Positions 45,651 to 54,653 of a stretch of DNA of 64,000 bases are shown one piece after another. This DNA comes from a virus (lineage: Duplodnaviria; Caudoviricetes), in IMG/VR virus record IMGVR_UViG_3300030433_001577, positions 389 through 64,388 of that record. One strand, written 5' to 3'. The translations under genes were made by a program, and so were the position numbers. Under the pieces are notes generated by a model. That model worked only from the letters and a program-made list of their open reading frames with translations. It ran no database searches and was not told the DNA's origin. Position 1 is the first letter of the stretch; each line of letters begins with the position of its first letter.

Positions 45651-47669
45651 TTAGCCTTGTAGAATCCAATTGGTAACGTGTTCACACTCTTTCAAATTAA
45701 GTGGAACAATCTCCCACGAAACCGTAATTGGTCCTTTGTCATTGGTAAGCGGGAAGTCAGCAGTTACAACCATGTAATCCTCAAACTTTAGCGTGAGGGT
45801 TTCATCAGTAGCCCCTGTTTCCTTTCTAAACAATAGGGTTAATTCATTACCCGATGTTCCACTTAGCGAAAATGCCTGTTCTTCTCTCAAAGCGTCAAAT
45901 ACTGCCGAATCAGTTACCAATCCTGTAAAGTTCAAACGGTAACTTCTTTGGGCAGGGAAATGAAATTGGCTAGTCTTATCATATGAGCCAATAAATCTCT
46001 TTGGTTGTAGACTGTTTTCAATACTTAGCGAAAATGACTCAATGCGAATATAATCTTGTCCAAACATAGAAATTGTTCCATCTGAAAAGAAGAATGGACG
46101 CATAAAGTTTTCATTACTATTTGCATCTCCACCTCTAGGTGAACCAAAATTAACAAAGTTCTTTGCATCTGTTACGTTGTTTGCAGTATCATAATTTGTG
46201 GGTGCTACAAAGGTTTTCTTTGTTTCAAAGTTCACGTTCATTGTAACTTCTTGATTTGCAGAAGCCTCCATTGTTAGTGAATTAACCATACAACCTGGAT
46301 AAATTTTAGAATATACAGTTTCCTTACTTGTGTCCATTCCACTAGGTAGAATTTGTGAACCTGCATCTACGGCAACAGTAGAAATGCTGTCAGGTTTTTT
46401 AAGAGTATATTCAAGAGCAAATGTTGGCAAATCTTCACTTTCTGATTCAGTAAATGTGTAGGTGATTTTGTTTGTCAAAGTATCTGAAACACTTTGAACA
46501 TTTCCTGTATTTTGTCCTAATTGTGGATTTAGCGGAGGGCAAATTTTGTTATCCTCTACTCGATGGAAACCTGCGCTATTTACATCTGTATCAATAATAA
46601 AAGCGGTATCTGAAAGACCCGAAGTAGCAAATTCACTACTTACAGTAGGTGTTCCACCACTAGCGAGTGTGGCTGTTTTATTACCCAATGCGTAATAAAG
46701 CCAACTAAAGTTATTTGCTGATAGTGAAAAACTTCCACCACTAGTTGTTTCAGCACCCTTAAATTGATAAACCATACTTCTTGATGCGGTGCTAATTGGA
46801 ATATTCTTTACATCAATACTTGTAGATGGAATGGTAACTGTGCTTGTTAGCCCCAACCATGTATCTGAAAGTAGTCTAGGATTTGTAGATGCGACAGTTG
46901 AACCTGCGGTTGTTGTTGTTAAAACCAAATCAGTTCCACTAACATTTGTAACTGAGGCTGTTTGCGATACTGTTCCACCGTAGGTGTTAGTCAAAACCAA
47001 ACTATCGCCACTTCTAGAAGCACTAAAATGAATGCTTCCAGTCTTTCCTATTTCAGCAACAATAACATCAATAATTTCTTCTGCTGTTGTTAAGTCGCTA
47101 TCATTAATGTTCACTTCAAGATTAGCCGAAGCACCACCGTATGAACCGTCATTAGTAATACCAATAACGTAGGCAGTAGAACTTGAACCTGCGGATGAAG
47201 GAACTTGACCAAATGAAATACTATCGTTATCATAATCAGCCCTAGCATCGCTTGTAAATCTAATATTTAAAACCTGAGCAACATAAACGTTACCTGCGCT
47301 AGAACCTTTAGGGGCAGGAACAGGTGCGCCTTGATGTTCAATAATGCCGTAATAACTTGTAGCACTTGATGTAATTGCCGAAGCAAGTGAATCATTAACG
47401 GTAATTGTAGTAGCGTCATTAGAAATAATCATAACTCTATCTATCAAAGAGTCGTTAGACGCTTGGTGTATTCTCAAGTAACAACCTCTATACAAATTAG
47501 CAACAAGACTAAAATTAGTTGTAAATGTTGCATTGAGTGTTATTACTCTTTTATTTTCACTTGCACCTGCGATACTTACAAAGTCTCCCAAATACAAATC
47601 CATTTCAGGTATCATTGATACCATCGCTCCAGAATCCATCCATATACTATTACTTACCATTTTTTTCAC
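45651..47669 (-). CDS. Major tail tube protein with inserted surface domain
   Basis: PTFALEY...YPGCMVNSLTM...IESFSLSIENSL...phage tail tube pattern; precedes chaperones and TMP. Confidence 0.8.
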   Translation of the reverse strand: MKKMVSNSIWMDSGAMVSMIPEMDLYLGDFVSIAGASENKRVITLNATFTTNFSLVANLYRGCYLRIHQASNDSLIDRVMIISNDATTITVNDSLASAITSSATSYYGIIEHQGAPVPAPKGSSAGNVYVAQVLNIRFTSDARADYDNDSISFGQVPSSAGSSSTAYVIGITNDGSYGGASANLEVNINDSDLTTAEEIIDVIVAEIGKTGSIHFSASRSGDSLVLTNTYGGTVSQTASVTNVSGTDLVLTTTTAGSTVASTNPRLLSDTWLGLTSTVTIPSTSIDVKNIPISTASRSMVYQFKGAETTSGGSFSLSANNFSWLYYALGNKTATLASGGTPTVSSEFATSGLSDTAFIIDTDVNSAGFHRVEDNKICPPLNPQLGQNTGNVQSVSDTLTNKITYTFTESESEDLPTFALEYTLKKPDSISTVAVDAGSQILPSGMDTSKETVYSKIYPGCMVNSLTMEASANQEVTMNVNFETKKTFVAPTNYDTANNVTDAKNFVNFGSPRGGDANSNENFMRPFFFSDGTISMFGQDYIRIESFSLSIENSLQPKRFIGSYDKTSQFHFPAQRSYRLNFTGLVTDSAVFDALREEQAFSLSGTSGNELTLLFRKETGATDETLTLKFEDYMVVTADFPLTNDKGPITVSWEIVPLNLKECEHVTNWILQG

Positions 47670-47673
47670 CTAC

Positions 47674-48276
47674 TTACAAACTTACGGCAAAACGCTTTAG
47701 GGTTACGTTTATTTTATATCCGAATATTCTACTCCTTTTATCATTACTTTCGGTTCTTGAACCTAAGACGATGTGTTTAATATTCTCTTCTAGAGAACCT
47801 GCACTTCTAAACCACCCTCTTCTGTTCGTTTCTAAGATGTGGCGAACTATCTTATAAAGGTTTTCTATTCTATCACGACCAAAGGTAGAACCAGATGGTG
47901 CAACTCTAGCATTATCATTTGTTCTCCTGTCGTCTTGTTTTGTTCTAATGCTGATGGACATACTATAAGTTTCATTACGGACAGTCCAATCTCTTGTAGG
48001 ATATTCTATATTTTGCGAATCTTCCATAACTACAATTAGGTCTTTAGATGGCGTTACACCGTCAGCAGTAGTTTCCTTTGCAGAACTAACCCTAACTCTA
48101 TTACCACCTCTACCATTAGGTCTTGTTGAATCCATAGAACGAATATCCATAATTTGCGGTTTAACCCTATGGATGGCGGGGATTTCTGAACCCAATGCGG
48201 TTACAGCAGTATTCCAGTATTCGTCTAATAGTGTAACTAGAAATGTTGTTTCATCCATAATTTCACTCCCCATCAT
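47674..48276 (-). CDS. Tail terminator/completion protein
   Basis: Position before tail tube; SISIRTK...LYKIVRHIL...terminal beta strand. Confidence 0.6.
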   Translation of the reverse strand: MMGSEIMDETTFLVTLLDEYWNTAVTALGSEIPAIHRVKPQIMDIRSMDSTRPNGRGGNRVRVSSAKETTADGVTPSKDLIVVMEDSQNIEYPTRDWTVRNETYSMSISIRTKQDDRRTNDNARVAPSGSTFGRDRIENLYKIVRHILETNRRGWFRSAGSLEENIKHIVLGSRTESNDKRSRIFGYKINVTLKRFAVSL

Positions 48277-49867
48277 AGAAACGGCCTATGTCATTAACAT
48301 TAATACTAGTAAATGGTCCTCGACCCTCCATTGCCAGTAACTCATCTTGAACATCGTTAGGGTCATCAAATTCTTCTGATAAATTTACATATTCTACCGC
48401 AATTACAGCCATAGCAGTTACTAAATCTATATTTGCGTCGGGATTTTCCATAGATAAGAAACGTGTTCTAAAACGAACCCAAGTATCACTCATTATCTGA
48501 ACAAATCTTTCTCTACCATATGCTTCTACATAATTTCGTGCAAGGGCTTGAGGAAGAACACCACGCACAATATCATCATACCATGCATTAGCAACGGGAT
48601 TATCGGAGGGGTTATCTTCATCTTCATCTTCATATTCATCTTGCCTATCCATATAATCTCTAAACATATCATATGTTTCTGGCCCATAATCCGCCATTAA
48701 TGTTCTTTGTGCTTCTCCCGCACTCATTGTATCAAATACCGTTAGATATTCCCTCATCATTTGTTCCATAAGTTGTCGTTCTTGAGTAGTCATGTTTCTA
48801 TCTCTTGTCTGTCTCCTTGTTTCATTTTCTCTAGGGTCAATTTCTGATAACCTTTTCATTAAATCCTCAAATTTATCCATATCAAAATCGGGTAACTCCC
48901 AATCCTTTAAGGAAAATACTTTATTATATTCTCGGTAGTCGGAAAAATCTTGTTGAATTCCCTTCTCTGTATTTACATCTACTTTAACGTTAAACAAACT
49001 CATTAAATTTTCATAGGAGTCTAAAACACTTCTTATTATTTCTTTATCGTTTTCTGCAAACATTATGTCATAACTATGCCCACTCTTGTTATTATTATCC
49101 TCAGGAACGTATAAGTTTTTAAGAGAAGCAACCATCGCTTTCGCTTCGCTATTTATTAATAGTCTATTTAGGCTATTAACAACATAATTTTCTACCATAT
49201 CTAAAGCCTCTTTAAATTCTGGCATGGCATCAATCATCGCCATTAATTCTTCGTGTGTAGTTTCGTGTAAATAGTTATTAGGGTCTAAAGTTCTATTTGT
49301 TAAACCACTTATAAAATTTCTACTGCTAAAGTTTTCTCTAACAATGTCAATTATTGCTGGAGCATGTATTTCCCCAAAAAGGGGAAGTGAATCAATATTA
49401 TATTCATCATTATCTCTAAACATTTCTTCTGTAACGATTCCGCTAATGATAGGGTCATTAATGTGTCGGTTTAGTCGAGATATTCCACTTATGAAGTTCA
49501 AACATTCTTTTATAACTGCGCTATCTAAGTAATTTTCGGTAGGACTTACCATTTCTCCCGACATAAAATTTGGATAAATGTATTCATAATAATCTATGCT
49601 CATTTCAAAATCTTCTTCAATAATTTCCATTTCTTCTTTCTTACTATATGCAAAATTATTTTCTATAAAGGACTTAAAAGTATCAATAGCCTTATCCTTC
49701 TTTCTTTGTAGGGCTACATTTTCTGGCACTCTACGTTCCCTATTTCTAAAACCTCTAGGTCTATCTGGATTAACAATTTTAGGGTCTGTTCCCGTTCTTT
49801 CCATAAATTCCTCAGGGCTTTCCCCTTCATCTGGAAATATATTTTTCAGTAGTTTTTTCCAACTCAT
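48263..49867 (-). CDS. WxxLLK-tagged protein with HExxH motif (putative zincin)
   Basis: MSWKKLLKN...; YLHETTHEEL at ~49253-49267. Confidence 0.6.
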   Translation of the reverse strand: MSWKKLLKNIFPDEGESPEEFMERTGTDPKIVNPDRPRGFRNRERRVPENVALQRKKDKAIDTFKSFIENNFAYSKKEEMEIIEEDFEMSIDYYEYIYPNFMSGEMVSPTENYLDSAVIKECLNFISGISRLNRHINDPIISGIVTEEMFRDNDEYNIDSLPLFGEIHAPAIIDIVRENFSSRNFISGLTNRTLDPNNYLHETTHEELMAMIDAMPEFKEALDMVENYVVNSLNRLLINSEAKAMVASLKNLYVPEDNNNKSGHSYDIMFAENDKEIIRSVLDSYENLMSLFNVKVDVNTEKGIQQDFSDYREYNKVFSLKDWELPDFDMDKFEDLMKRLSEIDPRENETRRQTRDRNMTTQERQLMEQMMREYLTVFDTMSAGEAQRTLMADYGPETYDMFRDYMDRQDEYEDEDEDNPSDNPVANAWYDDIVRGVLPQALARNYVEAYGRERFVQIMSDTWVRFRTRFLSMENPDANIDLVTAMAVIAVEYVNLSEEFDDPNDVQDELLAMEGRGPFTSINVNDIGRFYDGE

Positions 49868-50079
49868 TCAAATGCCTCCTTTATTCTACGGGTAATAGTG
49901 GCTACAAATTCCTGCTCAACAACCTGCTCAACAATTTCGTCTGCTAATTTTTCTCCCAACAATTCTTCACTAATTTCTTCCAATTCTTGATTTTGTCTAA
50001 TAATCCTTTCAAGGTCAATTTCCAATTCATCTCTAACTTGTTCTAACCTCAAACGCATTTTTTTTAAATCCAACATCAA
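49864..50079 (-). CDS. Small acidic coiled-coil protein
   Basis: ORF track. Confidence 0.6.
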   Translation of the reverse strand: MMLDLKKMRLRLEQVRDELEIDLERIIRQNQELEEISEELLGEKLADEIVEQVVEQEFVATITRRIKEAFE

Positions 50080-51065
50080 TCTCCCCTCAATTGTCTGATA
50101 AAGGCTTCAATACCTAAGCCTGTTTCTCTTTCCATTATTTCTTCGAGTGTATTAACACTTTGTTTAATGTCATTTTGTGTAGCAGTAGCGACATCTTCCT
50201 CATATTCGTCTTTTGGCTTTTTAACTAAACCACGCTTTTCAAAGTCATATCTATAACCTGGATTTGCTTGTTCTAATTCTCTAGCAACTTCCTTTAATGT
50301 TTTTTCGTCTTCTGTTTTAATTGTAATATCAACTTTAGGAGGTGCTTCTTTATAAGTAATTCTTCCAACTGCGTTATAAATTTCTTTCATCAATTGATAT
50401 TCGCTTTCAACAACATCGCTATTTCTTAGCAATAATTCTGGCCCCGTAACTCTAACGTATTCATAATCTCCTTCGTCATTTTCTCTCATAACAAATGTAT
50501 AATAAACTCTAGCACCACCTAATTTTCTAGGTTTTAATGACATGGTAAATTCATAAATGGTTTCTGAAACCATTTTATCCTTGAATACAATGGATTGCCT
50601 TTTACCCGATTTGGTTAAATCTGGAACTATATGACTTATTAACATGGTTCTCAAGGTATCTTGAAATCTCCCAACATCAATAACCCTTAGATTCTTACCT
50701 TCGGAGGTTTTAATCTTCTCCAAATTTTTAACTACTGACCACCAATTTTCTTTATCGGTTTCGTCTGTCTTTAGTTTAAATTCCCCTTGACCCCTTCTTC
50801 TTCTTCCTGCAAATAGTTTATTAATTTGATTCAAAACCATTTTTAGTCTTGACCTATGCCCTTGATTAGTAACTCTATGTGATACAGTCATTGTATGCGT
50901 TTCAGCATCAGGGTCATTTTCTTCACCTAATCTTTTAACTGTAATTGTGTCATGTTTTCCACCCGAATTTGTTGCCGTAACAGCATATCCGTTTTCTCTC
51001 AAAAATTCTCTAACTTTACGCATCCCCTTTTCTTCGGACATTTTGATTAAGTCAAACCAATTCAT
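50076..51065 (-). CDS. Tagged two-module protein; N-terminal HicA-like domain
   Basis: MNWFDLIK; VREFLRENGY...SGGKHDTITV...TMTVSH; second internal tag NWWSVVK. Confidence 0.6.
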   Translation of the reverse strand: MNWFDLIKMSEEKGMRKVREFLRENGYAVTATNSGGKHDTITVKRLGEENDPDAETHTMTVSHRVTNQGHRSRLKMVLNQINKLFAGRRRRGQGEFKLKTDETDKENWWSVVKNLEKIKTSEGKNLRVIDVGRFQDTLRTMLISHIVPDLTKSGKRQSIVFKDKMVSETIYEFTMSLKPRKLGGARVYYTFVMRENDEGDYEYVRVTGPELLLRNSDVVESEYQLMKEIYNAVGRITYKEAPPKVDITIKTEDEKTLKEVARELEQANPGYRYDFEKRGLVKKPKDEYEEDVATATQNDIKQSVNTLEEIMERETGLGIEAFIRQLRGD

Positions 51066-51277
51066 ACAAATTCCTCCGTTACATAATCACCATGTTTATT
51101 TAATAGGATAGTTCCCGCACTCACCATATCTGAAAGCAAATTTTTTATTCTTCTTTCAGTTCTTTTGGTTTTTAATTCTTCATATATTTTATCAAAATCA
51201 GCAGCACCGCCCGCCTTTCTTAGAATTTCTACAATAGAATTTTCTAAATCTTCTGATTTCAATATATCTTTCCACAT
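51062..51277 (-). CDS. Tagged small wHTH protein
   Basis: MWKDILK; IVEILRKAGGAADFDKIYEEL...IKNLLSDMVSAGTILLNKHGDY. Confidence 0.7.
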   Translation of the reverse strand: MWKDILKSEDLENSIVEILRKAGGAADFDKIYEELKTKRTERRIKNLLSDMVSAGTILLNKHGDYVTEEFV

Positions 51278-51281
51278 AGTA

Positions 51282-51776
51282 TCACCAATTATAATTGCAA
51301 GCCCAATAACCTGCTGTCAATTTATTCTTTTTCTTGTCGCAGTTATGTCTCGACTTAAAGTTAGACCTGCGCTTTTTATTCTTATGTTGTAAAAAATCCT
51401 TGTAACCTCTTGCACCAAAAGATACAATTTTATACTTACCATTTTGATGCGCCAATACTCGATACTTTTTCTTACTTCCTTTAGGCGCACGTTTTGGTTT
51501 GTTTAGACCTGGAAATTTTTCACCTCTATACATTACTCCGCCCTTTACACGCTTAATTTCAGATTTTTTTTTCTTAGCCTTGACAACAGTTTCTTCTTTG
51601 TCGCAGGAATTACAACCGCAACCACAATCACCTTTTAGTTCAGCCTTTACCGCTTCACTAATAGTTTCTCTTCTATTACGCAGGTAATCATCAGTATCAT
51701 CTACATCGCCATCATTATCAATATCTTCATCTTCTTCCCCAACGGGGTCTAAATTTTTAATAATATCCCACCACAT
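51282..51776 (-). CDS. Tagged protein: acidic DxDxDG segment plus basic Cys-containing C-terminal domain
   Basis: MWWDIIK; DIDNDGDVDDTDD; KKYRV...IVSFGARGY...FKSRHNC...GYWAC. Confidence 0.75.
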   Translation of the reverse strand: MWWDIIKNLDPVGEEDEDIDNDGDVDDTDDYLRNRRETISEAVKAELKGDCGCGCNSCDKEETVVKAKKKKSEIKRVKGGVMYRGEKFPGLNKPKRAPKGSKKKYRVLAHQNGKYKIVSFGARGYKDFLQHKNKKRRSNFKSRHNCDKKKNKLTAGYWACNYNW

Positions 51777-51785
51777 TTTATCACC

Positions 51786-52013
51786 TCAATTTACAAATTC
51801 TATATCTTTACGGGGAGTTTTAGGAAGTGCCTTTATTTCTTCCATAATTTCTTCAAGTCTTGCCTTAAATTCCGCAATCTTTTCTGGATTTTCCATCATC
51901 ATATTTACAACATATTCAATATCTTCTTCCATTTCTGGAGTTAATTTTTTTCTTCCTGATGCCCCCAATCTAAATGTAGGTTTATCATTTTTAATAATAT
52001 CTTTCCATATCAT
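51786..52013 (-). CDS. Tagged small protein
   Basis: MIWKDIIKN. Confidence 0.7.
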   Translation of the reverse strand: MIWKDIIKNDKPTFRLGASGRKKLTPEMEEDIEYVVNMMMENPEKIAEFKARLEEIMEEIKALPKTPRKDIEFVN

Positions 52014-53203
52014 GGCGACCCCTTCCTTCTTTTATATGTTTTACAAGCGGCACAAGTTGGCCTACATCTTCTCTTTCTTCCTTTAGATGCATCTGCTCTA
52101 CCGCAGGGTTTTGGTCCTCCTTTCTGACCACAAGTTCCACAAGCAATCCAACCCCTTTGAGTTTTACCGCCCTTCTTTTGCTTACCGCCTCTCCTTGAGA
52201 ACCATCCATGTAATCCCTCATCCTTTTCTCTTTTAAAGTTATCGCCACTTCGCCTTTTCTTTTTCTTGGTTTTTTTGGAATGCTTCTTTCTTCGGGCTTT
52301 GCTTTTCTTGTTTATATCATCGAAGCCAATTACTGTTTCCCATGATTTTAGAATAACTTTATCGTTAATATATTGTTTAATTTTATTAGGCACTTCATTT
52401 TCAGCAAATGATTTTATTTTCGCTATACCCACTCTATCACTAGCAGTTAATGGCATGGTTTCAAATGAATTAACATAAGTTTCCAATATTCTATCTATTA
52501 GAGGATTAACATAGTCATTAAGTATTCTCGCTTTCAATTTACGTTTTGTGTCATATCCATCTAGTATAGCAGGTTGGGTTTCAAATAAAGTAGCATCAAA
52601 AGCCATATCTGCTAAGACCTTTGACATTAAATTGAATACGTCGTTTGGTATATCATATTCTTGTCCTCCCAAACCTAGCATCACTTTTTTAATCGCAATG
52701 GCATTCAAGTTTTCTACAACCGCATCTATTTTTAGCGATATTCTATCTTTCATATCTCTAACATCTTCAAATCTAAATTGACCAAAATGCGTTCCTTCAT
52801 GTGCTAATGTAGCATATAAATCTTCCATTTGTTCATCTGTTTCTATTTCAGGATTATTGTCAAATATATATCTGAGATGATTTCTGTTAGCAGTAATAAG
52901 CGCACCTTCGGCAATTTCTTTATCTACACCCATTCTCATAGAAATTCTTCGGATAATGTCGGGGTCTGCATCGGTCAAATATTCTAAAAATTTTCTATCA
53001 TTTAATTTGAATTCACTAACAGGTGTTGGATTTTGGAAACCTTCTTCTACATTTATATTTATTTTTTTGGGGTCATAGTTTCGGATTAATTTTTCTAAAG
53101 CCAAAATCAAAGTATCAGTTTGATATTGATAAGTTGCTCTCGCCCTACCTTTTGAATGTCTATCAACCTTGAGGTTATACACTTTTAATAACTGTTCCCA
53201 CAT
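52010..53203 (-). CDS. Tagged protein with HExxH motif and basic Cys-rich tail
   Basis: ATG at 53203, one base after the upstream stop: MWEQLLK; LAHEGTH; tail GLHGWFSRRGG...CGTC...PCGR...CRPTCAAC. Confidence 0.75.
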   Translation of the reverse strand: MWEQLLKVYNLKVDRHSKGRARATYQYQTDTLILALEKLIRNYDPKKININVEEGFQNPTPVSEFKLNDRKFLEYLTDADPDIIRRISMRMGVDKEIAEGALITANRNHLRYIFDNNPEIETDEQMEDLYATLAHEGTHFGQFRFEDVRDMKDRISLKIDAVVENLNAIAIKKVMLGLGGQEYDIPNDVFNLMSKVLADMAFDATLFETQPAILDGYDTKRKLKARILNDYVNPLIDRILETYVNSFETMPLTASDRVGIAKIKSFAENEVPNKIKQYINDKVILKSWETVIGFDDINKKSKARRKKHSKKTKKKKRRSGDNFKREKDEGLHGWFSRRGGKQKKGGKTQRGWIACGTCGQKGGPKPCGRADASKGRKRRCRPTCAACKTYKRRKGSP

Positions 53204-53204
53204 A

Positions 53205-53834
53205 TTAATAACTCCATTCTTCTGTATCGCCAAAACGCCCCTCATCTTCCATTGTGATTCTGTCGGGATAATCTCGGTCATTATAAACCCTTAACCAAGA
53301 CGTATCGTGCATCTCTAATGGTGATAAACTTGAATCTATTATTTTAATCTTATTGTTTGGACCACTACACAAAACGCCTGTTTTTTCGTCAAAGAAAAAT
53401 GTCTTTGTCTTGTGTTCATTCCATACCTGCGAAAGTCCATAGTCTACATTTCTTTCTGGTAAGGGGTCGCAGGTCCACAAATAATTACCCTTTTTAGGCA
53501 CACCCTTTCTATTCTTCATAAAAACGGTGCAGTTTCTAAGCCCTTCAATTTGAACCATTTGCCAATTATCTGATATGGAATCCCACCACCCAACATCATT
53601 CATTGTGATTTGTTGTTGTGGTGTTTCTTCTCTAATGAAAATAGAGCATTGGTCTACCTTATCATATAGTGCGCCTATTGATGGAAAGTAGACTATGAAT
53701 AATGGCGCACGGTTGCGAATAAAACGAATTGCTTTGATGACCCCGAATATGGTTTCATCTTTTCTAAAAATTGGTTGTCCAGAAAGAAAGGATTTCTTAA
53801 CATAGCACTCAACGTAAGGTGTAGAAACAATCAT
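53205..53834 (-). CDS. Hypothetical protein resembling a widespread marine-phage family
   Basis: PYVECYV...GNYLWTCD...EHK...PNNKI pattern; untagged. Confidence 0.65.
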   Translation of the reverse strand: MIVSTPYVECYVKKSFLSGQPIFRKDETIFGVIKAIRFIRNRAPLFIVYFPSIGALYDKVDQCSIFIREETPQQQITMNDVGWWDSISDNWQMVQIEGLRNCTVFMKNRKGVPKKGNYLWTCDPLPERNVDYGLSQVWNEHKTKTFFFDEKTGVLCSGPNNKIKIIDSSLSPLEMHDTSWLRVYNDRDYPDRITMEDEGRFGDTEEWSY

Positions 53835-53836
53835 AA

Positions 53837-54214
53837 TTATCTCCTATCCTTTCTTTCTTGAATTAATTTTTGTTTTAAATTTTCCCGTTCTTCCGTTGTT
53901 AAACCCCTAGCAGAAGGCATTGTGTTTATTTCCCTTTCAACATCTAGAGACAAACGCATATTTTCATCCTCGTCGCTATCTATGTAAGAATGTATAGTTT
54001 GAATAATTTTTTTAACACTATGATTATCAAGCATTCCATCTTCTATAATTTCAACAATCCACCAATTTCTTCCGTATATTTTTCCAATTTTTTCATACCT
54101 TTGTTCTACGTCTATTAGTTCTTGTTCTAAATCTTCTTGTTTTACTTTGTCTAAAAAACCTTCAAAATAATACTTTCTAGCAGAAATGCTTTTTTTAATC
54201 ACATTCTTCCACAT
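53837..54214 (-). CDS. Tagged hypothetical protein
   Basis: ATG at 54214: MWKNVIKK. Confidence 0.7.
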   Translation of the reverse strand: MWKNVIKKSISARKYYFEGFLDKVKQEDLEQELIDVEQRYEKIGKIYGRNWWIVEIIEDGMLDNHSVKKIIQTIHSYIDSDEDENMRLSLDVEREINTMPSARGLTTEERENLKQKLIQERKDRR

Positions 54215-54219
54215 GGTAA

Positions 54220-54435
54220 TCACTTCTTTTTACTATTACCCCAGTTCTTTGCCCCCTTCTTTCTACATTGAACTAGTGCGCCAGAAGCATAAGCAGAAGG
54301 CCATTTCTTATATCTTCTTCTAACCTTGTAATAACAGGCATCTCGCTTGACTTTGCTTTTCTTTTTCTTAGCCCGCTTTGAACCCTTCTTGCGACGAGCC
54401 TTACTTTTCTTTTGTAGTATGTCTTGCCACTTCAT
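54220..54435 (-). CDS. Tagged, highly basic small protein
   Basis: MKWQDILQK; DACYYKV...WPSAYASGALVQCRK...NWG pattern. Confidence 0.75.
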   Translation of the reverse strand: MKWQDILQKKSKARRKKGSKRAKKKKSKVKRDACYYKVRRRYKKWPSAYASGALVQCRKKGAKNWGNSKKK

Positions 54436-54653
54436 GTATATTCCTCCCTCATGGTTTCTATATTATATTCTAGGAAATTTATCATTTCTTTAATATCTGG
54501 ATTTGGTTTCCTTAACATCTTAAGTAATTCTTCCATATAAAAAAGCAGTTGCTGTAAAGCCATCAGTTCATCGGAAGTTTCTCTAAAGTCTTCACTCGCT
54601 TTTTTTCTCCAATCTTCATTTTTAATAAGAGTCTGCCAAATATCAATCACCAT
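54432..54653 (-). CDS. Tagged small helical protein
   Basis: ...IWQTLIKN. Confidence 0.6.
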   Translation of the reverse strand: MVIDIWQTLIKNEDWRKKASEDFRETSDELMALQQLLFYMEELLKMLRKPNPDIKEMINFLEYNIETMREEYT

